Origin: a virus
Lineage: Duplodnaviria; Caudoviricetes
Strand: one strand, 5' to 3'
Virus record (IMG/VR): IMGVR_UViG_3300044833_000023
Span: 1-63,319 of that record
Length of the DNA: 63,319 nt
Shown here: positions 45,622-55,238 of the stretch, one piece after another
Layout of the letters: each line of letters opens with the position of its first letter
How positions within the stretch are numbered: the first letter of the stretch is position 1
Translations under genes and position numbers: made by a program
Notes under the pieces: generated by a model
What the model was told of the DNA's origin: nothing
Databases searched by the model: none
Seen by the model: the letters and a program-made list of their open reading frames with translations, nothing else

Positions 45622-46481
45622 TTGCTGCTTTCGTTGGGGTTGGGACGGGACGCGGTTACTCGAAGCCCAGGGCACAGACCCTCTCCTTCGGTGATGTCGG
45701 GGAACATGATGCAGGCGACGCGGCGGGAGCTTGCCCGCAGGTCAGCTTCCTCGCGGGTCGGGTACAGATAGAAGCCGGCGCCGGCCGGGTACACGTTGAG
45801 CCAGCCGCCCTTGATGGTGCGCTTGGGCGGTTCGGTGCGGGCGTTGACCTTGCTGCTGATCTCGATGGCATGGCGATCGAGGCGATCTTCGAGGCTTGCG
45901 GCCTTGTGCTCCAGCACCGAGATGCGGACGTCGAAGCCCTTCTCGATGGCCTCGTCGTGCGCGTCGAGCTTCGTGCTCATCTTGTCGCTGACGCCCATAG
46001 CGACGGAGCGGGCGCGCTCCATGGAATTGATGCGATCGAGTAGACGCTCTTGGTTCTCGGACAGGGCATCGATCTGCCCCTGCAACACACAGATCGGATC
46101 AACGGCCTTCTCATCCTCGATCGCGCCCGGGAGTAGGTCGTTCTGGCTGGGGCCGCATAGCGTCCAGCTTCCTTCTGCCGTCCACGACATGAGCCATCCA
46201 CCAACCATCGCGCACAGCGGATAGCGGGCGGGATAGCCGACGTGTTGGACCCGGCTGTTTTCAAGCGGCCCGGCGGTGCGGCCATCGGACATCCGGTAGC
46301 TCTTGCCGGCCTCGAAGGTCGGCTTGGGATCGGGCGGCTTGTGATAGCTGATGATCGGGATCAGATGATGAGTGCCGGTGTCGGGGCCGGTGCTCTTGGC
46401 TGTCACGGTGTCAACCCTCATGCCGTTCGGTAGGCGCACGCGGACGTCGACGATGGTGTCGGGCGGGACGGTCTTGTTCAC
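45618..46481 (-). CDS. Hypothetical protein with coiled coil
   Basis: Coupled ORF; FEAGKSYRMSDG..SWTAEG..NDL phage-type segment. Confidence 0.6.
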   Translation of the reverse strand: MNKTVPPDTIVDVRVRLPNGMRVDTVTAKSTGPDTGTHHLIPIISYHKPPDPKPTFEAGKSYRMSDGRTAGPLENSRVQHVGYPARYPLCAMVGGWLMSWTAEGSWTLCGPSQNDLLPGAIEDEKAVDPICVLQGQIDALSENQERLLDRINSMERARSVAMGVSDKMSTKLDAHDEAIEKGFDVRISVLEHKAASLEDRLDRHAIEISSKVNARTEPPKRTIKGGWLNVYPAGAGFYLYPTREEADLRASSRRVACIMFPDITEGEGLCPGLRVTASRPNPNESSK

Positions 46482-46885
46482 GACTGCTTCTCCTTGTCGT
46501 AGGCCCGGGTCAGTTCGCGGGCGATGGCGTTGACGGCCCTCATCGACATGATGATGACGGTGCTGTCGGGGTTGGTTCTGTTCTGGTAGGCCACGAGTTC
46601 GAGCCAGCCTTTGGTGTGCTCGCGGTCCATCGTGGCGACGGTGTCGCTCTCGATGCTGGCGACCTGATTGCGCAGCACGTTGATCTCGGCGTCGTGGCGG
46701 GTGTTGAGGTCGCGGTCCTGTTCGTCCTTGCCGCGCCGGTAGCCGGCTTCGTTCGCCGATCGCAGCGCGAGGCGATGCACCTCGGCCTTATTCTCACGTC
46801 GCTTCAAGGTTTTGAGCGACGGCGAGCGCGTTCCTCGCGTGTCCGTATTCATGTCGTCCATGACCTTCCAGACGGATTTCTTCAT
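46478..46885 (-). CDS. Hypothetical protein
   Basis: AGGA RBS, coupled stop. Confidence 0.6.
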   Translation of the reverse strand: MKKSVWKVMDDMNTDTRGTRSPSLKTLKRRENKAEVHRLALRSANEAGYRRGKDEQDRDLNTRHDAEINVLRNQVASIESDTVATMDREHTKGWLELVAYQNRTNPDSTVIIMSMRAVNAIARELTRAYDKEKQS

Positions 46886-47197
46886 CTCGCGTCCTTTGCT
46901 GTAACGGAGAATTCGGGGGGTACCGATGTAGCGGGCAGTCCGAAATAATCGCTGTGCGACCTTCTCTGGGGCTCGGTTTTCCGTGCTGCGGTGCGAAATG
47001 AGGGCAAAACCGTGGTTTTCATTCGCATTCCCTCGGATCGGGCGGGCAGTACGGCGGATGCGTCGGGGCGCACCATCCGAGCGTGTCGCAGTACAACCAG
47101 ACCTGCTGCGGGGCGCCGGCCTTTGTGGCCCAGACTTGGACCACGACGACGAACAGGCTCACGGCGATGATGGATGCGACCATGTTGATGACGCGGC

Positions 47198-47767
47198 TCA
47201 TCGGAAGGTTCCCCCGCAGACCCAGGCGATGCCCGCAATCGCTATGATGCCGATGATGGCAACAACCGCGTCTGCCCAACCGCGTGTCCCGACGGCCTTT
47301 GTGCCTGTCCCGACTGTCCCGGCTGTCCCAACATCGCCGTCAACGCATTCATCTGATTGGGAATTGTTCTGGGACAGGGGCGCGATTTGTCCCAATGTCC
47401 CGCTGTCCCGGTTTTTGGCGAGCCGTTCCTCGTGTGTCGGCAGCACCCGGAGCATGTTGACCGGGAATTTGTCGTACTTGTATGCGTTCGTCTCCCCGTC
47501 GTACCATGTGACCTCGGCCAGATCGCCCTTGGCCGGATACAGCGAGACCTTCTCGACCGTCATGGGCTTGCCGCCGCTATTGAGTTTCACGACGCTCCCC
47601 TGCTTGATCTCCGGCCCATCCGTGATCTTGAGCGCTGTCAGGGCTGCTGTGACGTCCTTGAACAGTCCTACCTCGTTGCCGTTCTCGTCTTCGAGGTTGG
47701 TCTCTATCGCCTGGTGCGCGTGTGCGATGCAAGCGTCGATGGTGTTGTTGATGCTGGTCCCGTTCAT
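47198..47767 (-). CDS. DUF2158/YodC-like domain protein with C-terminal TM helix
   Basis: GSVVKLNSGGKPMTVE..VTWYDG motif. Confidence 0.65.
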   Translation of the reverse strand: MNGTSINNTIDACIAHAHQAIETNLEDENGNEVGLFKDVTAALTALKITDGPEIKQGSVVKLNSGGKPMTVEKVSLYPAKGDLAEVTWYDGETNAYKYDKFPVNMLRVLPTHEERLAKNRDSGTLGQIAPLSQNNSQSDECVDGDVGTAGTVGTGTKAVGTRGWADAVVAIIGIIAIAGIAWVCGGTFR

Positions 47768-47990
47768 GCTGATGTCCTCTCGAATTGAGCCATTGAGAAT
47801 TGATCTGCGTACCTCGAGCCCGGGAGGGCTTCGATGATCGGCGGCGGCGTGTCCTTGTCGCCGATCCATGCGCTCTTGACCGGCCGGCGCGGCTCGCAAA
47901 TCACCACGCGATTGAGCACCTTGCTCCAGAACATCAGGCTGAACCTCGGGTTGATCGGCCCGTGCGGCCGGCGCTTGATGACGGGCTTAC

Positions 47991-48647
47991 TCATGCCCGG
48001 AGACCCTTCTCGATCTCGATGATGGTGCGCTCGATCTTCTCGGCGCGGCGGTTCATCGCCGTCAACTGGGTGATGACCTCGTTCGTGTGCTTCGTGAGGA
48101 CGGCGCAATCGCCCAGGAGTTCCTTGGCGTCATCGAGCGCCTTGCGGATGTCCTCGTTGCCCTCGGGCCCGAAGTTGTCCGCGCGCAGCGTCTTGACCCA
48201 CACCCTCGGTACGCCGAGATCGCTTGCCACCTTCGCGTCGGTCCAGCCCGGCGAGTATCCGGTCTTCTCGTCGACGTAGACGTCCTCCAGCTTGGCGAGG
48301 ATGATGCGGCGGTTCTCGCGGGTGAGCTCGGCTACCGGCTCGTCGGACGCGCGCACGGGAACGGTGGTCGGCTTCATGTCCTTGAAATCCTTTACGATGA
48401 CGTGGGCCGATGTATCTGCTTTCGCGACGCAGCCAGGGCAGCTATGGCCGTCCTTACGCTTCAGCACTTTCCATCCGGCGTCTTCGAGTTTGCGCGCTAC
48501 CAGCTTCTCGACCAGCGCCTCCTGATCGTTCGGCGCTCCCTTGACGTCGTTGGTCGCGACGGATTTGAGTACGCCGCACCTACATGTGCAGATCACTCCG
48601 CGGTGCGGCCTACCCTCAACCATTACTGAAGCGTGTTGCATGTTCAT
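47991..48647 (-). CDS. Zn-binding plus HTH-like hypothetical protein
   Basis: CxCG..CPGC and GWTDAKVASDLGVPRVWV..R..NFG. Confidence 0.65.
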   Translation of the reverse strand: MNMQHASVMVEGRPHRGVICTCRCGVLKSVATNDVKGAPNDQEALVEKLVARKLEDAGWKVLKRKDGHSCPGCVAKADTSAHVIVKDFKDMKPTTVPVRASDEPVAELTRENRRIILAKLEDVYVDEKTGYSPGWTDAKVASDLGVPRVWVKTLRADNFGPEGNEDIRKALDDAKELLGDCAVLTKHTNEVITQLTAMNRRAEKIERTIIEIEKGLRA

Positions 48648-49183
48648 GCCGCCCTCGCGAATTCGCCGTGTATGGAGGTTGCCGCCGCGCAATAAGCGGC
48701 GTGGGCGGCTTCAGCGGTGTCGTGATAGCCGAGAAAGGCTTGGCGACCGCCCACGCGGATTACTGCCTGATATTTCCCCGCCCGTTTATGAAAACTCGCA
48801 CCCTTTAGCCCCGAGGTATTTGCCTTGGAGAGCTTGGCGTTCGCCCCGTTCTGCGACCTGTTTGCGTCGCGCAGGTTGTCCCAGCGGTTATTGAGGCCGT
48901 CAGTATTGTGATGATCGACGATGGTCTCGGGCCACTCCCCGGTCATGTAGAGAACTGCGAGGCGGTGGGCCTTGAATGCATGGCCGTAGATTTTTATGGA
49001 CCAATACACCGCCCCTTCTTCGCGGGTACATTCACGCGCATAGCCGGCGACCTTTCCGGCGTAGCGCCCGTTCCAGTTCGGCGGGACATCAGCCCTCCAT
49101 AGCCATATGAAGACGCCGGTGTCCGGGCTGTAGTGCAGCAATGCCTTGAGGGTTTCTTGATCGAGATATGGTTGCGTCTTCAT
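48644..49183 (-). CDS. HNH endonuclease with AP2-like C-terminal domain
   Basis: AHRLA..VDHHN..NNRWDNLR..N and NTSGLKG..YLG-like..AAHAAY..HGEFA. Confidence 0.88.
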   Translation of the reverse strand: MKTQPYLDQETLKALLHYSPDTGVFIWLWRADVPPNWNGRYAGKVAGYARECTREEGAVYWSIKIYGHAFKAHRLAVLYMTGEWPETIVDHHNTDGLNNRWDNLRDANRSQNGANAKLSKANTSGLKGASFHKRAGKYQAVIRVGGRQAFLGYHDTAEAAHAAYCAAATSIHGEFARAA

Positions 49184-49283
49184 CGAGAGTTCCTTTGAAG
49201 TTGGGACGAGGCTACGTTCGATGTGAGACTACGAAGCGCACGTCTTGCTGATTTGCGCCAACGCTCGTCCACAGGTTCGTGAA

Positions 49284-49793
49284 TTATTTTTTGGTGCGCG
49301 TCATCAGCGCGCCTGTCAGTCGTTCGAGTGTTGCTGGATCGGCTTGCATCTGCGTGACGACGTGATCCCATGACGGCGCCGGCTTAGCTTCAGTGCCAAC
49401 ACGCGCTCCACCGGGATCTGTGAGACCCCAGTCTTTCCCATATTTTTCGTGGAGTTCTTCGAGCGTCGGCTTGGGCTCCTGCGGGCCTTCGAGCATCAGA
49501 TCGTTGCTCTTGCCCCAGTTGGAGAAGCGATGCGCCTTGGCCTGCTCGTGCATGTGTTGGTCGCAGGCGTCGACGACGTTCTTGACCGACGGCGGAAATT
49601 CGTGGCGCCGCTGGACGCCTGTGCGCGGGTCTGTGGCGAACTTGATCGTGTCGATCGGGTACTGTTCCAGCACGAGACCGATGTTGACCTTGAACCCCTC
49701 CGGATCGCTGTACTGGTCAAGCCGATATGCGGAGAACAGGATCGCCATGCCTTGCAGTACGATTGTCTTCTTCGATGGACCTTGCGAGTTCAT
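49284..49793 (-). CDS. Replication-associated hypothetical protein (possible helicase loader)
   Basis: Overlaps the 3' end of the initiator gene; FPPS motif; start uncertain. Confidence 0.5.
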   Translation of the reverse strand: MNSQGPSKKTIVLQGMAILFSAYRLDQYSDPEGFKVNIGLVLEQYPIDTIKFATDPRTGVQRRHEFPPSVKNVVDACDQHMHEQAKAHRFSNWGKSNDLMLEGPQEPKPTLEELHEKYGKDWGLTDPGGARVGTEAKPAPSWDHVVTQMQADPATLERLTGALMTRTKK

Positions 49794-50631
49794 CCTTGAT
49801 GGAGGCGATGAGGCTTCCGCCGGGCCTTTGAGCTTTTCCACTGGGTCTCTCCGTTGTTGTCTCGCCTGCGACGATGTTCACCACGGGCAGCACGCGCGTT
49901 AGCTCGGCGTGTGCACGCGCGATTGCCTTCTCGAAGTATTTCAGGGTGCCTGGCGGGTCTCCGCCCCTGTTCTGCATGGCTTTCTGCACGCCAGCGACGA
50001 TCGCTTCGCGCGGCCATCCACCGTTGAACCAGCCCTGCACGCTGTAGGGCGCCGCTACCGAAATTGGGTGATGTGGGTCCACTCCCATAAGGGCGAGGAC
50101 TTCCGTTGAGAGCGCGAAAGCTTCTTCGCTGATGAGCCCTTGCTTCTTGGTTTTTGGCTTCTCAGGGTCGCCCGCGCGTCCGTCCCGTCCATCTTCTTGT
50201 GGTTGTGGTTGTGGTTGGTTAACGGTTCGGTCATCTTTCGGTTGACCGGACGGTTGACCGAGCGGTTGATCGGACGGTTGCTGTCCGGTCAACATTCGGT
50301 CAACCGAGAGCTTTCTTCTCGCTTCAACGCCCGCCCTACTCGCGGTCAGGCGTTGGTCGTACTTGATCTGAAACGTGGCGAGTTCTTCCTCGACGCGCTT
50401 GTGCTTCCAGCCCGGCATCTGAAAGAACGGCTCGATGATCGGCCGCGCCTTCTTCCACTCAGGGTCTGTCATCCGCGCGATAGCGGCCAGTTGTGCGTTG
50501 TTGTCGGGGACGCCGCCGTGCTGCCAGTAGTGCATTATCAAATGCAGGTAGGCCCCTGACTGCGCGGCGCGGAGATGCGCCGTGTCAGCCAGGTAGTCAG
50601 CGATGTACCATGGCATCCATGGTCGGCGCAT
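49717..50631 (-). CDS. Replication initiator, DUF1376/YdaU family
   Basis: PWMPWYIADYLADT.HL..GAYLHLIMHYW..LAAIAR..HKRVEEE. Confidence 0.85.
   Translation of the reverse strand: MRRPWMPWYIADYLADTAHLRAAQSGAYLHLIMHYWQHGGVPDNNAQLAAIARMTDPEWKKARPIIEPFFQMPGWKHKRVEEELATFQIKYDQRLTASRAGVEARRKLSVDRMLTGQQPSDQPLGQPSGQPKDDRTVNQPQPQPQEDGRDGRAGDPEKPKTKKQGLISEEAFALSTEVLALMGVDPHHPISVAAPYSVQGWFNGGWPREAIVAGVQKAMQNRGGDPPGTLKYFEKAIARAHAELTRVLPVVNIVAGETTTERPSGKAQRPGGSLIASIKDELARSIEEDNRTARHGDPVLRISA
50198..50306. repeat. Iteron-like repeats inside the initiator gene (putative replication origin)
   Basis: CGGTTGA(C/T)CG at 50239, 50251 and 50263, partial at 50275 (12-bp period); inverted copies at 50286 and 50297; TGTGGT x3 at 50198. 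Confidence 0.7.
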
Positions 50632-50633
50632 TC

Positions 50634-50987
50634 TCAGAGCATCCCCAACGCTTGCATGTAGGTTTCGAGGATGGTCTCGGCTTCCTGCCGCTTGGTGGCG
50701 TCCATCTTGCGGAGCCGGACGATGGTGCGGAGCGCCTTGACGTCGTAGCCGTTGCCCTTGGCCTCGGTGTACATATCCCTGATGTCGTCGCTGATGGTCT
50801 TCCGTTCTTCCTCCATCGCCTCGATGCGGGTGACGACAGTCTTGAGTTGGGCGTTGGCGCCCTTGGCCTTCTCGGCATTCTGCGGTGATAGCCCCTCAGT
50901 CGGTACGCTGGGGTTGCCAGTGGGGGTGTTATGTCCCGCGGGCGGCGGGGCCCCGATGTGGGTGACGGTGCTCTCGACGTTGCTCAT
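50634..50987 (-). CDS. GapR/DUF2312 family nucleoid-associated protein
   Basis: QLK..V.RIE.MEEERK.I.DDIRD.Y.EAKGNGYDVKALR.IVRLRK.D..YMQALGM. Confidence 0.9.
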   Translation of the reverse strand: MSNVESTVTHIGAPPPAGHNTPTGNPSVPTEGLSPQNAEKAKGANAQLKTVVTRIEAMEEERKTISDDIRDMYTEAKGNGYDVKALRTIVRLRKMDATKRQEAETILETYMQALGML

Positions 50988-51005
50988 GGTGGTCTCCGGT
51001 TGGGG

Positions 51006-51308
51006 TTAGTGGGACTGGTACGAGATCGCCAGGGCGAAGGGGTCGATGCCCCATTCCGCCCAGAATGCGAGTTCATCGCCGTGAGCGTGCTGCTCGCGGT
51101 GGTGTCGGTTGCAGAGCGGCAGCGTCCACTTGTCGGACGGCTTCTCAGCCATGCCTGTGTTTGGCTTGCCGTAGTTCAAGGCGCCGATACGGATGTGGGC
51201 GGCCTCGGTGTGGATGTTGTCGCCGCACAGGCAGCACGGGCATGACCGGATGTAGTTGAGATGCTTCTCGTCCTTGATGCGGGGCTCCCGCTGGCGGAGT
51301 TCGCTCAT
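51006..51308 (-). CDS. DUF968-like HNH-type Zn protein
   Basis: HL.YIR..PCC.CG..EAAH..KPSD..TLPLC..HH.EQH. Confidence 0.75.
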   Translation of the reverse strand: MSELRQREPRIKDEKHLNYIRSCPCCLCGDNIHTEAAHIRIGALNYGKPNTGMAEKPSDKWTLPLCNRHHREQHAHGDELAFWAEWGIDPFALAISYQSH

Positions 51309-51817
51309 GCGGCTGCTTGGATGCCTCCGAGCAGCTTCGGTTCGACGCCGATCATGTGGGCGATGATGTCGATGATCTTCTCCTTGGACTGGTAGAAGAC
51401 CTTGGCGCCCATCGCGCGCTTGCTCTGGCTCATGGCGACGTATCGGGTCAGGGCCATGCCCTGCACGATGATGACGGCAAACTCGTCCATCGGGCGCAGG
51501 AACGCCGCGACGCGCACCGCCTCCGCCCTCGACTTGCAGAGCAGCGTGTTCGAGTGGCTGTAGCCGGCTCGGATCAGCGCCCACTTGCGCAGGTGCTCGG
51601 ACGTCGGAAAACGCTCGGCCAAGGTCTCGGGCAGGCTCGCCCATGCTTCGGCCAGCCAGGCGAATTCGTGGTTGTGGGCCGCGGATGATCGTTCTTCATA
51701 TCGCGCCAGGGTGTAGCGTTCGCCCTCTTTGAAATACCGGGAGGATCGTTGGGGATGGACCGGGACCATTACGGCCCCGGTCCATGTGAAGTGTTGCGGT
51801 GGAAAGTCAGTCGTCAT
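51305..51817 (-). CDS. Recombination-module hypothetical protein (NinB-like position)
   Basis: RS...HNH.FAWL.EAW..LP..EHLRK.ALI.AGY. Confidence 0.6.
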   Translation of the reverse strand: MTTDFPPQHFTWTGAVMVPVHPQRSSRYFKEGERYTLARYEERSSAAHNHEFAWLAEAWASLPETLAERFPTSEHLRKWALIRAGYSHSNTLLCKSRAEAVRVAAFLRPMDEFAVIIVQGMALTRYVAMSQSKRAMGAKVFYQSKEKIIDIIAHMIGVEPKLLGGIQAAA

Positions 51818-51968
51818 CAGTCTCCAGCTTCCTCGTTGAGGGCCATCACCTTGAGTTCGAACGCGCTGATGATTTCGTCCCACGGCATACCGGCGTCACG
51901 GGCCTCCGTGACGAGATCGTCCAGCTTTTCTTCCAGCTTGTTCATGTCCATCGTGGTCTCTCCTTCGG

Positions 51969-52475
51969 TTAAAACGGGATGTCGTCGTCCATGTCGGAGT
52001 TGTCCTTGAACCCCGACTGGCGCTGCGGGCGCCCGCCCGTCCCTGACGGCTGCACCTTTCCTGCCGCGTCCGCGTAGGCGTTGCGGGACGGACGCTCGGT
52101 CTGATCCTGCGTCTGCTCGTCACGCGCCGCGGGCTTATCCAGCATCGTCAGGATGCTGGATAAGCCGGACAGGACAACCTCGGTCGAGTACCGCTTGATG
52201 CCGTCCTTCTCCCACTCGCGGGTTTGGATTTTGCCCTCGATGTAGAGCTTCTGGCCCTTGACGACGTACTGCTCGACGACTTCGGCGAGCTTGCCGAACA
52301 CCACGATGCGGTGCCATTCGGTCTTCTCCTTCCGCTCGCCGCTGTTCTTGTCGCGCCAGGTTTCGCTGGTGGCGAGGCGGATGTTGGCGATGGGCTCGCC
52401 GGATTGGTTTCTTCTTATTTCCGGATCGGCGCCCACATTTCCCAGTAGGATCGCCTTGTTCACGCTGCCGCTCAT
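51969..52475 (-). CDS. ssb: Single-stranded DNA-binding protein
   Basis: SVNKAILLGNVGADPE..ATSETWRDK..EKTEWHRIV..DDDIPF. Confidence 0.97.
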   Translation of the reverse strand: MSGSVNKAILLGNVGADPEIRRNQSGEPIANIRLATSETWRDKNSGERKEKTEWHRIVVFGKLAEVVEQYVVKGQKLYIEGKIQTREWEKDGIKRYSTEVVLSGLSSILTMLDKPAARDEQTQDQTERPSRNAYADAAGKVQPSGTGGRPQRQSGFKDNSDMDDDIPF

Positions 52476-53086
52476 GCCGCCACCTTCGTTTCGTAGCTGC
52501 GGATGTGCGAGACCATGTTGGCGAGGTCTTCGTTGAACAGTTCAACCTCGTCGGCCATCTGCTTGATGAAGTGCTCGTCGCGGTAGGCCCGCTTGATGAG
52601 CGATGGCATCTTTGGCCAGTAGCAGATGATGTCGATCCACTCGCGCTCGGCGACCCAGAGGTTGCCTTGGCATTGCGCCTTGTACTCGGAGGGGAATTCA
52701 TCGGCGTCGAGGTACTCGATCAGCACCGGCGGCTTGTTGGTCTTGATCTCCAACAGGCCATCGCTGCCGATCAGTGCGTCCGGGCTTCCGCCCTTCTGGC
52801 CGTTCGTGATGAAGCCGACGATCTCCGGCGTGTTGTCGCTGACGAAGGCGTACAGAGCCCTCGCGTCGGGCTCCATGGTATGACCGCGCTCCATCTCCGG
52901 GCTGGTGTAGCTCTCGCCCGGCTCGCCGGTGATGATCTCGCCGGCCAGGAACCGCATGTAGGTCGCGCGGGTCAGGCCCTTGCCCTTCGCCATGATCTTC
53001 GAGAAGTTCGAGGCGGTAGGGATGCCCCTGCGAGCGGCGAACCACTCGGCGGAATTTTGCAGCATGTTGTGGACTTGAACGGTCAT
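52472..53086 (-). CDS. YqaJ/lambda-type exonuclease
   Basis: QNS.EW..R.GIPTAS, MERG..EP.AR, SPDAL, LEIK, QCQG.LW. Confidence 0.92.
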   Translation of the reverse strand: MTVQVHNMLQNSAEWFAARRGIPTASNFSKIMAKGKGLTRATYMRFLAGEIITGEPGESYTSPEMERGHTMEPDARALYAFVSDNTPEIVGFITNGQKGGSPDALIGSDGLLEIKTNKPPVLIEYLDADEFPSEYKAQCQGNLWVAEREWIDIICYWPKMPSLIKRAYRDEHFIKQMADEVELFNEDLANMVSHIRSYETKVAA

Positions 53087-53107
53087 GATCGTTGCTTCCT
53101 TTCGGTT

Positions 53108-54094
53108 TCAATACTGGACGGTGACGTATGGGACGGAGCCGCTGGCGATCAGGCCCAGCACGGCGACCGCATCCATTTCGGAGATGCCGGCGCCGATGAA
53201 GGCCCTGATGATTTCGTTATTGATGGCCTCGACGTTGGCTTCGTCGTTCTGGCGCTGGAGGATTTCCTCGGCTCGCCTTGCGGCGACTTCCTCCGCCTCG
53301 CGTGCGAGACGAGCTTCGGTGTCGCGGACGAGTTGCGCCGCGGCTTCCGCTGCCAGGCGATCGCTCTCGACCTTGCGGGCGGCGGCTTGCTGGCCCATCA
53401 ACTTCTCGGCCGTTGCCTTCTCAAGCATGTCAGCCTCGAAGCGGTCGCGTTCGTCACGCGCCGCTGCCGCCGCCCGCAATTGGATCAGTTCGGCCCGGTC
53501 CGCTTCCGCTGCTTCGCGGATCGGGATCAGCGTCTTGAGGATCAGGACTGAGGCATCGCGCGCGCGCTGGTACTCCGAGAGGAATTCCTCACAGTTGTCG
53601 CCGATCGGCTGCGCTTCGACGGTGGCGAGGTTCTGTTTCAGGTCCGCGATGGTCAGCGCATCGCCGCCCCACGACGCTTGAGATAAGGTCGCGAAGCTGG
53701 CGATCGTGTTCCTGTGCCGGGCGACACGTTCCTCGTCCGCGATCTCCCAGTCCGTGAGCGGCTTGCGGACTTCGGTCGCCAGTGCTTCAAGCGTGTCGGT
53801 GATGTGCTTGCGCGTGGCGTCGATCAGCTTCGGGATCGCCTTCTGCTCGTCCGCCAGTTCCTTGCCGACCTTGGTCAGATAGGTCTTGGACTTCGTAACC
53901 TCGAAGGCGATCGACTTGATGTTGGCCCGGCCGCGCGCGGTGGTCAGGTCCGGCACGAAGTCGGCGACGTTCTTGCGGACGTGATCGAGCCACGGCTCGA
54001 TGGCGCCCGGCTCGGTGAACACGCGCAACCGGATGTCGCTCGGGATGACGGTCAAGTCCTGCACGGGATGCAGGATCGCTACTGCCTGATCCAT
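53108..54094 (-). CDS. Coiled-coil phage protein
   Basis: DLTT..GR..IKS.A..V.KSKT..IDA.RK..RKPLTDWE. Confidence 0.75.
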   Translation of the reverse strand: MDQAVAILHPVQDLTVIPSDIRLRVFTEPGAIEPWLDHVRKNVADFVPDLTTARGRANIKSIAFEVTKSKTYLTKVGKELADEQKAIPKLIDATRKHITDTLEALATEVRKPLTDWEIADEERVARHRNTIASFATLSQASWGGDALTIADLKQNLATVEAQPIGDNCEEFLSEYQRARDASVLILKTLIPIREAAEADRAELIQLRAAAAARDERDRFEADMLEKATAEKLMGQQAAARKVESDRLAAEAAAQLVRDTEARLAREAEEVAARRAEEILQRQNDEANVEAINNEIIRAFIGAGISEMDAVAVLGLIASGSVPYVTVQY

Positions 54095-54095
54095 G

Positions 54096-54869
54096 TTACT
54101 TGCTCCCCTTCCGGCCGCGCTTCAGTTCCATCGTCGCCTTGGCGTGCTCGAAGTCCTTCGCCGCGATGTGGGCGAGGCTTTCGGCTTTGATGGTCGGGAG
54201 ACCGCAGAAGATCGCCTTGTCGACGTTGAGTTCGTCGGCGAGCGCGATCAGGGTGGCGAGTTGCTCGGTGCTGACGAACTGCGGGGCGGCGCCAGTCATG
54301 CCTGCCGCTCTGCCGTCGTCATCCCTTTCTCCGGTCGCGATGCCGACGACGGCCTTCAAGGTCGCGCGCTTCATGTAGGTGTCGGCCGAATTCCTCGCCT
54401 GGAAGTCGTTCTTCGCTCCGCTGGTATCGCGGGAGCCGGACTGCTTGGCCTGGACAGAGTGACCGCCGCGATGCGCGAGGATGCAGACAACCTCGAACCG
54501 CCCGCCCTCCAACTCATTCAACTCCCAACGATAGGTCAGGCCGTTCTTGGCAAGGATCGGGTCGATGACTTCGGCTATACCGCCCAAGTCTTCGTGGTCG
54601 TACTCGACGAACCCGCTCGGAGCCTTCGTGCTATCGAATTTGACCGTCCGGTTCTTGAGGATGACCGGGATTTCCATCCTCGCGTCGGCGAAGGCGTTGT
54701 TGAACGCGATGAGCGCGTTCTCCTTGCGCTCATGGTCTCGCATCGCGATGATCTCGCGGGCGAGTTCGATGTTTCCCATCTTGAGGACCGCGAGCAAGAT
54801 GGCGTCGGGACTGTCGGCACGGATCGCGAGCGCGGACGGCTTGGCTACTGCTACTGCTTGCGTTGTCAT
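54096..54869 (-). CDS. ERF-family ssDNA-annealing recombinase
   Basis: PIL.KNGL..CILAH.GGH..Q...SA.TY.KR.TL..GIA..DDDG. Confidence 0.85.
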   Translation of the reverse strand: MTTQAVAVAKPSALAIRADSPDAILLAVLKMGNIELAREIIAMRDHERKENALIAFNNAFADARMEIPVILKNRTVKFDSTKAPSGFVEYDHEDLGGIAEVIDPILAKNGLTYRWELNELEGGRFEVVCILAHRGGHSVQAKQSGSRDTSGAKNDFQARNSADTYMKRATLKAVVGIATGERDDDGRAAGMTGAAPQFVSTEQLATLIALADELNVDKAIFCGLPTIKAESLAHIAAKDFEHAKATMELKRGRKGSK

Positions 54870-54902
54870 GATCGTCGTTTCCTTCGCTGTGGTAGTGGGA
54901 CG

Positions 54903-55238
54903 TTAAGAACCTCGTGCGAGCAGGCTGATCCAGATCGCGCGCGGACTGGCGTGGAGTGACACTCTCCGAGACGGGGATACCCGGTCGGTCTTGCGACAGA
55001 AGCCGGCCTTCGCGGCGCGGACCATGACGCCACCAAAGGCCCGGTAATCATGGGTTTCTGGCCGGTTCTGCATCGCGTCGTAGAGATCGAACACGTCATC
55101 GGACGTGAACGAGACGAGTTGCCGCGCGGTGCGCTCGACCAAGACGAACATCAGATCGTTCCAGCCCAACGTGGCGTTCACGGCGGCGCGGGCGATTGCC
55201 TCGTCGCGGGCCTGCGCTGCTGTGAACAGGTCCATCAT
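54903..55238 (-). CDS. Hypothetical wHTH-like protein
   Basis: FTSDDV..RAFGGV..A.K.G..H.SP..W.S. Confidence 0.65.
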   Translation of the reverse strand: MMDLFTAAQARDEAIARAAVNATLGWNDLMFVLVERTARQLVSFTSDDVFDLYDAMQNRPETHDYRAFGGVMVRAAKAGFCRKTDRVSPSRRVSLHASPRAIWISLLARGS

